Shown here piece by piece: positions 17,144-25,138 of a DNA stretch of 32,000 nt. This DNA comes from Propionibacterium freudenreichii subsp. freudenreichii (lineage in GTDB: Bacteria > Actinomycetota > Actinomycetes > Propionibacteriales > Propionibacteriaceae): the NCBI RefSeq assembly GCF_000940845.1, contig NZ_CP010341.1, positions 2,617,167-2,649,166 on the forward strand, written 5' to 3'. The first letter of the stretch is position 1. Every line of letters begins with the position of its first letter. The translations under genes and the position numbers were made by a program. Under the pieces are notes generated by a model. The model had not been told where the DNA came from, did no database searches, and saw nothing but the letters and a program-made list of their open reading frames with translations.

Positions 17144-19222
17144 ATGATGAGCGCCGAGAGCCAGCCGGAGCTGCCCGGCGCACGCCCCTATCCGCGCAAT
17201 CTCATCGCGGGCGACCTCGTGGCCAATCGCTATCAGCTGGAGGCCCAGCTCAACCAGTGGGACGCCGGCGTCACCTGGCGGGCGATCGACCGCACCCTGT
17301 CGCGTCGCGTGGTGGTGCACCTGTTCAACCCCCACTCGCCCGAGACGGCCCGCGCCCTGGAGGCCGCCCGACGCGCGGCCGTGGCAGTGGACTCCCGCTT
17401 CGTGCGCGTCCTCGACGCCATGGACGGCGACCAGCCCTTCATCGTCACCGAATTCGCCACCGGCATCACGCTGCGTTCGCTGCTCGCCCACGGCCCGGTG
17501 ACGGCCCTCGAATCGGCCCATATCGTGCGCGAACTTGCCGACGCCCTGGCCCCCATGCACGCCGAGGGCCTGTTCCACCGTCGCCTCAATCCCGACACCG
17601 TGGTGGTCACCCGCACCGGCAATGTGAAGATCATGGGCTTCCTGCTCGAGGCGGCCCTGGCCGGCGCCACGATCTCGTCGTCCGACAACTGGGCGCGCCA
17701 GGAGGCCGAGGACGTCCGGGCGCTCGGCAAGGTCCTGTATGCGTGCCTGGTGGCGCGCTGGCCGATCGACCCGTCCCTGGCCCAGACCAGCCAGTGGGGG
17801 CTGCCCGCCGCCCCGATGAGCGCGCCCGGCCCCGACGGACCGCACTGGGCGCCGCCGACCAGCGTCGACCCACGCGTGCCGCCCACGGTCAACGCCATCT
17901 GCATCCAGTCCTTCGACCCCCGCCCCGATTCGGTGCCGCTGCGCACCGCCGACGAGATCGTCATCGCGCTGGGCCGCGTGCTCGGCACCGCGGAGGCCGA
18001 CGAGGTGCTGGGACGACGCATCCGCGCCCTGCCCGCCGACGAGGCCGGCGAGAACGCCCACATCGGCCTGCATGCCCCCGGCATCGACGAGCTCCCGCAG
18101 CGCGCCGCCACTCCCGACGACGACGGACCGGCCACCCAACGCATGCCTCCCGTTAGGGGCCACGACGATCCGAACTGGCCCGGCGGCGACGACCCCAACT
18201 GGCCCTTCGGGGCCGACGACAGCTCTCCACTGGGCACGACCGATACCGGCACGCGCACCCCCCTGACCGGGGCCCAGGCGGAGGCAGCGGGCTCAGCAGC
18301 GCCGCGGCCGCCGGCACCGGTGGGCGCCGGTTCCGCCGTGCCGGTGGGGACGGTCCAGACCTTCATCACCGCCCTGCCCGAGCCCGGAGACGGCGGCGCC
18401 CCTCACCCCGACCACCGGGATCTCGACCGCAGGGATCTCGACCACAGGCATTCAGACCTCCGGGATTTCGATCCCGACCGCACCGATCCGCGGTTGCGGC
18501 GCCTGCGGCAGTCCGACGCCGACGCCTTCGACGATGACGACGATCCCGATGACGACCTCACCATCGACGTCAGCGGCAAGCTGGTGGGCCCGCTGCCCGA
18601 CCGCGACGCCGAACCCCGGCGCCTGGCCACTGATGCGCGCGCCTATCGACTGGCGCGCTGGCTGATACCGCTGGGCGTGGTGCTGATGCTGGTGATCGCG
18701 CTCACCGGCATGGTGCGCTCCTGCCAGGCCACCAGTGCCGCGAAGTCCGCCCAGGCGAAGGTGGTTGCCCCGGCCTCGGTGGTCGAGTTCGATCCCACCG
18801 CCGATGGCGGCGAGGCCGCCGAGTCGCCCAGCGAGGTGGCCCTGGCCACCGACGGCTACCCGTCCACTGCTTGGCACACCCAGGAGTACGGCGGCAGCGC
18901 AGCATTCGGCGGAGTCAAGCCCGGCAGCGGCCTGCTACTCGACCTCGGCCGCGCCCACGAGCTGTCGTCGGTGACCCTGACGTTGATCGGCGCGCCAACC
19001 GGCGTCCAACTGCTCGTGCCCCACGACGACGCGAACCCCTCGATGTCCACGGTGAAGGACTGGACCGTGGCCAGCCGTGCCGACGCCGCCGGCCAGAGCG
19101 TCACGCTGACGCCTGACAAGGCCACCAGTACCCGTCACCTCGTGGTCTACCTCACCTCGCTGCCGCAGCTCACCAACGGGCGCTATCAGGGCGCGATTGC
19201 CGAGATCTCGGTGAATTCCTGA
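17144..19222 (+). CDS. Protein kinase family protein: membrane-anchored pseudokinase with an extracellular beta-sandwich-like domain (MviN/Rv3910 C-terminal type)
   Basis: The kinase fold is recognisable but the catalytic motifs are lost. There is no GxGxxG loop. VAIK is replaced by VVVHLF, HRDLKPxN by HRRLNPDT, and DFG by MGF. A Pro/Asp-rich linker and a single TM (WLIPLGVVLMLVIALTGMV) follow, then an about 165-aa extracytoplasmic domain. Confidence 0.85.
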   Translation: MMSAESQPELPGARPYPRNLIAGDLVANRYQLEAQLNQWDAGVTWRAIDRTLSRRVVVHLFNPHSPETARALEAARRAAVAVDSRFVRVLDAMDGDQPFIVTEFATGITLRSLLAHGPVTALESAHIVRELADALAPMHAEGLFHRRLNPDTVVVTRTGNVKIMGFLLEAALAGATISSSDNWARQEAEDVRALGKVLYACLVARWPIDPSLAQTSQWGLPAAPMSAPGPDGPHWAPPTSVDPRVPPTVNAICIQSFDPRPDSVPLRTADEIVIALGRVLGTAEADEVLGRRIRALPADEAGENAHIGLHAPGIDELPQRAATPDDDGPATQRMPPVRGHDDPNWPGGDDPNWPFGADDSSPLGTTDTGTRTPLTGAQAEAAGSAAPRPPAPVGAGSAVPVGTVQTFITALPEPGDGGAPHPDHRDLDRRDLDHRHSDLRDFDPDRTDPRLRRLRQSDADAFDDDDDPDDDLTIDVSGKLVGPLPDRDAEPRRLATDARAYRLARWLIPLGVVLMLVIALTGMVRSCQATSAAKSAQAKVVAPASVVEFDPTADGGEAAESPSEVALATDGYPSTAWHTQEYGGSAAFGGVKPGSGLLLDLGRAHELSSVTLTLIGAPTGVQLLVPHDDANPSMSTVKDWTVASRADAAGQSVTLTPDKATSTRHLVVYLTSLPQLTNGRYQGAIAEISVNS

Positions 19223-19297
19223 GCCCGTCACCGCAGCGTTGGCGCCCCGTCACCCCGCAGTTGGCCGTTCGTGGTGCGCCCCTGAGACAATGGCCCG

Positions 19298-20017
19298 ATG
19301 AAGCTGCTTCTCATTCGTCATGGCCAGTCCGCAAACAACGCACTCAGCGGATCAAACCACCCGGTGAGCAGCCAATATCCCGATCCCACGTTGACCGACC
19401 TGGGCCGTCAACAGGCCGAGACGCTGGCGCATGCCTTCACCGACGGGCTGCTGCCGCGTCCCAGTGTGTTGCTCAGCTCCCCGATGACCCGCGCCGTGCA
19501 GACGGCCTCTCCGCTTGCCGACGAGCTCGACATGCCGATCGAGTTGGAGACGCAGGCCCACGAGGTGGGTGGCATCTTCCAGAGCGTGCAGGGCGAGCCC
19601 GGTAGCTTCCAGGGGGCGTCGCGCGCGGAGCTGGCTGACATCAGTGACCGGCTGATCTTCAACGAGGACATCCACGACGAGGGTTGGTACCGCCTCGGAT
19701 CGCATGTGGAGACCCCGGCCGAGGGGCAGGGACGCGGCAAGCGCCTCTATCGCTCGATCCTGGAGCGGTACGGCAACCAGGACGGCGTGGTCGCGCTGGT
19801 CTGCCACGAGTGGATCACCAACTATGTGCTGCGTGCCGCGCTCGGCCTGTCCGATCCCGAGGGCGAGCCCGATCCGTGGTTCTCGCTGCCGAACACCTCG
19901 AGCACCTTCATCCAGACCGGCCTTCCGTTGCCCGGCCCCTACGAGGGTGGCGGCACCGCGATGATCTGGTGGGTCGGCCGCTTCGACCACCTTCCGGACG
20001 AGCAAGTGAGCCGCTGA
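19298..20017 (+). CDS. Histidine phosphatase family protein (phosphoglycerate-mutase-like)
   Basis: N-terminal LLLIRHGQSANN (RHG catalytic motif) and a downstream CHEW second-His region. 239 aa. Confidence 0.85.
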   Translation: MKLLLIRHGQSANNALSGSNHPVSSQYPDPTLTDLGRQQAETLAHAFTDGLLPRPSVLLSSPMTRAVQTASPLADELDMPIELETQAHEVGGIFQSVQGEPGSFQGASRAELADISDRLIFNEDIHDEGWYRLGSHVETPAEGQGRGKRLYRSILERYGNQDGVVALVCHEWITNYVLRAALGLSDPEGEPDPWFSLPNTSSTFIQTGLPLPGPYEGGGTAMIWWVGRFDHLPDEQVSR

Positions 20018-20145
20018 CAAGGGATGATGCCCGCAGGGCCCGCGACACTCCATGAGTCTCGGGATGAGTCTCGGGGGCCCCGGCGTCCCTGCACGGGTTC
20101 CTGATTCCCGCGGGCCATGCCCGTCGGGGGTTGGGGCCGCAGGCC

Positions 20146-21465
20146 TCAGGCGCCGCGGCTCAGCGAGTCCGAGACCACCTTCGCCAGGTTGCCCACGGTC
20201 ATGTCCGACGACTGCTGCCCACGGATCGCCGCCATCAGCTGGCCCTCGATCACCGGCTCCAGATCGAGCCAGGCCGGGCAGCCGCCCAGCGAGGCGGTGG
20301 CGTACCTCACATTCGCCAGCCCGGCGCTCATCACGCGGTTGCCGGCCAGCTGCGACCCGGCGATCACGTCGGAGCGCGGGGGCACCGCCGGCAGCATGCT
20401 CACCGCCGACAACAGCGGCTGGGACTGCAGGGCGTACTGGCAGAACTGGAAGGCCACTTCCTTGAACTGCGACTGGCGGCTGACGGCCAGCTGGGTGCCG
20501 GTCTGCAGCACCACGGGGTCCTTGGACGCCTGGTCGGGGGGCAGCGGGAAGAAGCCCAGGTGGCCCTCGTCGTCCAGGTGTGAGCGCCGCAGCGCCGGCC
20601 ACAGGGTCGACGACATCGGCGACATGGCCGTCTTCTGCTGGATGAACAGGGGCTGGGCGCCATCGGTGGGGATCTTCGCCGGGTCGGCCGTGCCGTCCTT
20701 GACCAGGCCGATGATGTAGTCGAGCGCCTTCACCCCGGTGCCGTCGTTGAACGCCAGGCCGCCCTTGGGCGTGAACAGCGAGCCGCCGTAGCTGCCCACC
20801 AGCATCGCCCACAGGTGCACCACGCCCGCCCCGAAGACGTCGAAGCCACCATGGTCGGGGGCATTGAGCTGCTTGGCCATCTCGCGCAGCTCGTCGAGCG
20901 TGCGCGGAGGGGCGCTGATGCCGGCGTCGGCCAGCACATCGGTGCGGTAGCCGATCACGGTCAGGTCGAGTGCATAGGGCAGCGCGAACAGCTTGTCGCC
21001 CCAATAGCACCCGGTCATCAGGCGTTGGTCCAGGTTGAGGCCGTCGGTGATGTCGGCAGGCATCTCGGCCAGCGCATTCTGCCGTTCCAGCACGGGCACC
21101 CAGCCCTGGCCGGGCATGAGCACATCGGCCAGCTTGCCGGCAGCCAGTGAGGTGATCACCTTGTCGGGCAGCTTGTCCAGGCTCGTATAGGTGGCCGCAA
21201 GCGAATAGCCGGTGCCGGCGAAGAAGCCGGTGAGCATGTTGTTGGCGTAGGAGTCCTGGCTCGCCTGGTCCTGGTAGAGCGCCGACAGCATGTTGAGCCG
21301 TCCGCTGCCGTGGCTCTTGGCGTCCTGCCAGGTGGGCGTCGGCGACGGCGTACAGGCCGACGACAGGGTCGAGCTGGAACTGCTCTTCCCGCCACAGGCG
21401 CTCAGCGTTGCCGCAGCGGCGGCCGCACCGGCCCAGGCCAGCAGTCCCCGTCGCTGTAGGCGCAC
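20146..21465 (-). CDS. ABC transporter substrate-binding lipoprotein (family-1 extracellular solute-binding protein, sugar type)
   Basis: Signal peptide with a twin-arginine-like n-region (MRLQRRGLLAWAGAAAAAA) and lipobox TLSAC-GG. 439 aa with SBP_bac_1-like composition. GAGGGGGG precedes the GTG start. No permease or ATPase gene is adjacent. Confidence 0.8.
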   Translation of the reverse strand: MRLQRRGLLAWAGAAAAAATLSACGGKSSSSSTLSSACTPSPTPTWQDAKSHGSGRLNMLSALYQDQASQDSYANNMLTGFFAGTGYSLAATYTSLDKLPDKVITSLAAGKLADVLMPGQGWVPVLERQNALAEMPADITDGLNLDQRLMTGCYWGDKLFALPYALDLTVIGYRTDVLADAGISAPPRTLDELREMAKQLNAPDHGGFDVFGAGVVHLWAMLVGSYGGSLFTPKGGLAFNDGTGVKALDYIIGLVKDGTADPAKIPTDGAQPLFIQQKTAMSPMSSTLWPALRRSHLDDEGHLGFFPLPPDQASKDPVVLQTGTQLAVSRQSQFKEVAFQFCQYALQSQPLLSAVSMLPAVPPRSDVIAGSQLAGNRVMSAGLANVRYATASLGGCPAWLDLEPVIEGQLMAAIRGQQSSDMTVGNLAKVVSDSLSRGA

Positions 21466-21713
21466 GACGCCCCCCTCATTCGATGATCAGTGGCCGGTTC
21501 GCGGGTGTCCCACGCGTGGCCTCGGCAGGCCGATGCCATGGCGACGCCGGCCCGCGTCACGACTTTATCCGGCCCGCGGCATCGGCGCTCCCCGCTGGCG
21601 TCCGTGTCGATGGCGCACCGGGTGGCGGACGGCGCAGGCCCACAGCGACGGCGCGGCATGCCGGTGCATCGCTACCGCTCTGCGGGGCGGTCCAGCGCGG
21701 CGGGGCAGGGTCG

Positions 21714-21740
21714 GGAATTGTGGCGCCCGCAATAGAGTTG
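21714..21740 (+). promoter_or_regulatory. SigH/SigR-type (thiol-oxidative-stress ECF sigma) promoter candidate for trxB-trxA
   Basis: GGAAT (21714-18), exactly 18 nt, then GTTG (21737-40), matching the actinobacterial SigR/SigH consensus GGAAT-N18-GTT. It lies 145 nt upstream of the trxB ATG. Confidence 0.45.
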
Positions 21741-21883
21741 AGGAAGGTGTGGTCCCTCCACTTGGGGGTGCGGGGCATGACCGCCGGGTGTGCACCCGGG
21801 CGCGATGCCGTACCCTACAGATTGTGGTGCGCCACGTTTCATTCAACTAGAGCTTGTGGTTTTGCTCAAGGAGAAGGGGAAGC

Positions 21884-22861
21884 ATGAACGACGAGATTCG
21901 CGATGTCATCATCGTGGGTTCAGGCCCGGCCGGCTACACGGCCGCGATCTACACCGGACGCGCCGGCATGCGACCGATTGTGCTCGAGGGTTCGGTCACC
22001 GCAGGCGGTGCGTTGATGACCACCACCGAGGTGGAGAACTACCCCGGATTCCCTGATGGCGTGCTGGGTCCTGTGCTGATGAGCGATATGCGCGCCCAGG
22101 CCGAGAAGTTCGACGCCGAGTTGATCGCCGATGACGCCACCAAGATCGAACTGGGCGGCGACATCAAGAAGGTCACCGACTCCGAGGGCAATGTGTACCG
22201 CGCCCGCGCGGTCATCCTGGCCATGGGCTCGGCCTATCGTCATCTCAACCTGCCCGAGGAGGAGGAGTTCTCCGGACGCGGCGTCAGCTGGTGCGCCACC
22301 TGTGACGGGTTCTTCTTCCGCGGCAAGGAGATTGCCGTGGTCGGTGGTGGCGATTCCGCCATCGAAGAGGCAACCTTCCTCACCCGCTTTGCGGACAAGG
22401 TGACGCTGATCCATCGTCGCGACGCATTCCGCGCCAGCAACATCATGGCCAAGCGCGCCTTCGACAACCCGAAGATCGAGATCGCCTGGAACTCCGAGGT
22501 AGTGGGCATGAAGGGCGACGGCACGCTCAACGCACTGCGCCTGCGCGACACGCAGACCGGCGAGGAACGTGAGTTGGCGGTGGCCGGCCTGTTCGAGGCC
22601 ATCGGCAATGTGCCGCGCTCCGAACTCGTCAAGGGCCAGGTAGAGCTCAATCCCGACGGCTATGTGAAGGTTGCCGGCGACTCGACGCTCACCGACGCAC
22701 CCGGCGTCTTCGCCTGTGGCGACCTGGTCGACCATGTGTACCAGCAGGCCATCACGGCTGCCGGCACCGGTTGCCGCGCCGCACTGGACGCCGAGCACTA
22801 CCTGAGCGCCCTGATGGACGAGAACAGCGATCAGGCGACGGAGGCACTTGCCAACGCCTGA
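21884..22861 (+). CDS. trxB: Thioredoxin-disulfide reductase
   Basis: [19 protein letters not shown] site, redox-active CATCDG, NADPH site [12 protein letters not shown]. The start is at ATG 21884 after GGAGAAGGGG. Confidence 0.95.
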   Translation: MNDEIRDVIIVGSGPAGYTAAIYTGRAGMRPIVLEGSVTAGGALMTTTEVENYPGFPDGVLGPVLMSDMRAQAEKFDAELIADDATKIELGGDIKKVTDSEGNVYRARAVILAMGSAYRHLNLPEEEEFSGRGVSWCATCDGFFFRGKEIAVVGGGDSAIEEATFLTRFADKVTLIHRRDAFRASNIMAKRAFDNPKIEIAWNSEVVGMKGDGTLNALRLRDTQTGEERELAVAGLFEAIGNVPRSELVKGQVELNPDGYVKVAGDSTLTDAPGVFACGDLVDHVYQQAITAAGTGCRAALDAEHYLSALMDENSDQATEALANA

Positions 22862-23034
22862 CCTCCCTGCGGACCAACCCGGCCCCGGACGGCCGGAGTA
22901 TCCGCTCCACAAGCCATAACGGCCCTGCGGTCCACTCCGTACACGGGGTGGATCCGCGGGACCCGTGCGACGGCCCCGAGGGGCCACAGACAACGGCTCC
23001 CAACCGGGCCACCAGACAACAACAAGGGGTAACC

Positions 23035-23358
23035 ATGGCACAGCCCAAGGACGTCACTGACGCCACATTTTCCGACGAGGTGCTCAAGGCCGACAAGCCC
23101 ACCGTCGTTGACTACTGGGCGGATTGGTGCGGGCCCTGCAAGCAGCTCAGCCCGATTCTCGACCAACTCGCCGAGGAGTACGGCGACAAGATCAACTTCG
23201 TGAAGGTCGACGCCGACGCGAACACCAAGGTCGCCACCGACCAGGGGATCCTGGGCCTGCCGACCGTGCAGATCTACCAGAACGGCGAAGTGGTCAAGCA
23301 GTTCCAGGGCGGCAGGCCCAAGAGCGTGATCGTCAAGATGCTGCAGGAGTTCGTGTGA
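23035..23358 (+). CDS. trxA: Thioredoxin
   Basis: 107 aa with the WCGPCK active site. AAGGGG SD precedes ATG 23035. The upstream part of the track ORF is non-coding spacer. Confidence 0.95.
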   Translation: MAQPKDVTDATFSDEVLKADKPTVVDYWADWCGPCKQLSPILDQLAEEYGDKINFVKVDADANTKVATDQGILGLPTVQIYQNGEVVKQFQGGRPKSVIVKMLQEFV

Positions 23359-23804
23359 TGTCCGGCGAGCAGACGAAGACCTCCCGGGTGGGTGTGAACC
23401 TGAAGCGCGTGAGCCCCGTGCACTACGAGGTCACCAATGGCAGGGGATCCACCATCAGCGTGGGACATGGCGATGACGTGTTCAGCCCCGTCGAGCTGCT
23501 GTTGGCAGCCGTCGGTGCCTGCTCGTCGATCGACGTCGACGTGGTCACCACGCGACGTGCCGACCCGGAGAAGTTCGATGTGAGCATCGCCGGCGACGTG
23601 GAGAAGGGCCCCGAGGGGAACCGGGTCAAGGACGTTGACCTCAACTTCTCGCTGAGCTTCCCCGACACCGACGAGGGACGCACCGCGCAGAGCCTGGTGG
23701 CCCGGCTGGTGAAGCTGAGCCACGACAAGGACTGCACCGTGGGACGCACCGTGATGCTGCCCACCGAACTGCACAGTGCTGTTGATGGTGAGGTTGTCGC
23801 CTGA
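23358..23804 (+). CDS. OsmC family protein (OsmC/Ohr-type peroxiredoxin fold)
   Basis: 148 aa with FSPVELLLAAVGACSSID and HDKDCTVGRT (the two conserved Cys contexts of OsmC/Ohr). The ATG overlaps the trxA stop (TGATG). Confidence 0.8.
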   Translation: MSGEQTKTSRVGVNLKRVSPVHYEVTNGRGSTISVGHGDDVFSPVELLLAAVGACSSIDVDVVTTRRADPEKFDVSIAGDVEKGPEGNRVKDVDLNFSLSFPDTDEGRTAQSLVARLVKLSHDKDCTVGRTVMLPTELHSAVDGEVVA

Positions 23805-23829
23805 GGCGACCAACCAAGACAACCAGATG

Positions 23830-23867
23830 GTGAGGGCCCGATCGGAGAAATCCGGTCGGGCCCTCAC
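23830..23867 (+). terminator. Strong stem-loop after the osmC-family gene
   Basis: GTGAGGGCCCGATCGG-agaaat-CCGGTCGGGCCCTCAC, 16 bp including one G-U pair, followed by TGTGTTG. Confidence 0.6.
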
Positions 23868-23871
23868 TGTG

Positions 23872-23969
23872 TTGAAGTGCCCGCCTTGAAGTCACTGCCT
23901 TGAGGTCACTGTGTGGAAGTCACCATGTTGAAGTCACTGCGTAGAAGTGACTGTGTTGAAGTCTCCTGG
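23872..23969. repeat. Tandem array, 7 x 14 bp (consensus TTGAAGTCACTGNN)
   Basis: Units start at 23872, 23886, 23900, 23914, 23928, 23942 and 23956. Unit 6 carries the inverted core AGTGACT, which forms a 7-bp inverted repeat with unit 5. The array lies in the convergent osmC/parB intergenic region, and the period is not a multiple of 3. Confidence 0.9.
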
Positions 23970-24154
23970 CACCCGTCGCACGTCGAGCGCCCCCGCGCCG
24001 CCCCGATCGTTCGAATCAGGCTTTGCGGAGCCCGGATTCCGGCCGGATCACACGGGTGCTATTCCGCTCAGAATCCGTTGGGCACAAGATGGGGTTTCGT
24101 CCTCCCCAGCGCCCTTATGGGGTGCGCCAGTGGGGAGTAAGGATCACTTTCCAA

Positions 24155-25138
24155 CTATTTTGTGTGTCCATGTGGAGGAATCAAGAAATCCCAGGGATCT
24201 GCCTGATTTGAGGGGCGTGGGGCGGCCCCAGAACCGGCCGAAACGCCCTTCAACATCTCGACGATCCGCTGCAGGTCATCCTCGCCGGCGAAGTCGATGG
24301 TGATGCGACCCTTCTTGCGTCCCATGTTCACCTTCACCCGGGTGTCGAACCGGTCGGACAGGGACGTGGCGAGTTGCTCGGCGCGTGGGTCGTGTTCCTT
24401 CGGACGCGCGATCCGCTGCCTGGGCTTCTCGTCCCCACCCAGGGCAACGATCTCCTCGGTGGCCCGCACGGAGAGGCCCTCGGCCACGATGCGCTGCGCC
24501 AGGCGCTCCTGGGCCAGCGGATCATCCAGGGCGAGCAATGCCCGGGCGTGGCCCGCAGACAACACCGCGGCGGCAACACGGCGTTGAACGGTGACCGGCA
24601 ACTTGAGCAACCGGATGGTATTGGAGATGTGCGGACGCGACCGCTTGAGGCGTCGCGCAAGCTCGTCCTGGGTGATGCCGAAGTCACCCATCAACTGCTC
24701 GTAGGCGGCCGCCTCCTCCAGGGGATTCAGCTGGACGCGGTGCAAGTTCTCGAGCAACGCATCGGTGAGCATCGATTCGTCATCGGTGGCGCGGACGATC
24801 GCCGGAATCTGCGCGATGCCGGCCTCCTGGTGGGCCCGCAATCGCCGCTCGCCCATGATGAGTTCATAGTGCGTGGCGTCCAGCTTGCGCACGACGATGG
24901 GTTGCAGCAGGCCGACTTCCTTGATCGACTCCGTGAGCTCCTGCAGGTCGTCCTCATCGAACACCTGACGCGGCTGCTTAGGATTCGGGGTGATCTGCGC
25001 CACCGGCAGTTCCGCGTAATAGGAACCGTCAGCCATCTGATCAGATGCGGACTCGCGAGGTTCCTCTGCGGCCTGGATGTCGGTGCGCTGAAACAGTTCA
25101 CCCAGTCCGCGGCCAAGACCACCAGGACGTGCGCTCAT
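24155..25138 (-). CDS. parB: ParB/Spo0J chromosome partitioning protein
   Basis: [11 protein letters not shown]-terminal box, ParB box QPIVVR...[12 protein letters not shown], and an HTH ([25 protein letters not shown]). The ATG overlaps the parA stop (ATGA). Confidence 0.95.
   Translation of the reverse strand: MSARPGGLGRGLGELFQRTDIQAAEEPRESASDQMADGSYYAELPVAQITPNPKQPRQVFDEDDLQELTESIKEVGLLQPIVVRKLDATHYELIMGERRLRAHQEAGIAQIPAIVRATDDESMLTDALLENLHRVQLNPLEEAAAYEQLMGDFGITQDELARRLKRSRPHISNTIRLLKLPVTVQRRVAAAVLSAGHARALLALDDPLAQERLAQRIVAEGLSVRATEEIVALGGDEKPRQRIARPKEHDPRAEQLATSLSDRFDTRVKVNMGRKKGRITIDFAGEDDLQRIVEMLKGVSAGSGAAPRPSNQADPWDFLIPPHGHTK

Noticed and set aside
23872-23969. The 14-bp and 16-bp tandem arrays (the latter at 14425-14520) as CRISPR arrays or DnaA-box clusters
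   Set aside because: The units are contiguous with no spacers and are far shorter than CRISPR repeats. No cas genes are present. Neither consensus matches TTGTCCACA.
24009-24017. GTTCGAATC (a tRNA T-loop-like word; also TTCGAAT at about 67-73)
   Set aside because: The flanking bases do not form a T-stem, and no acceptor, D or anticodon arms can be built. No tRNA is present.
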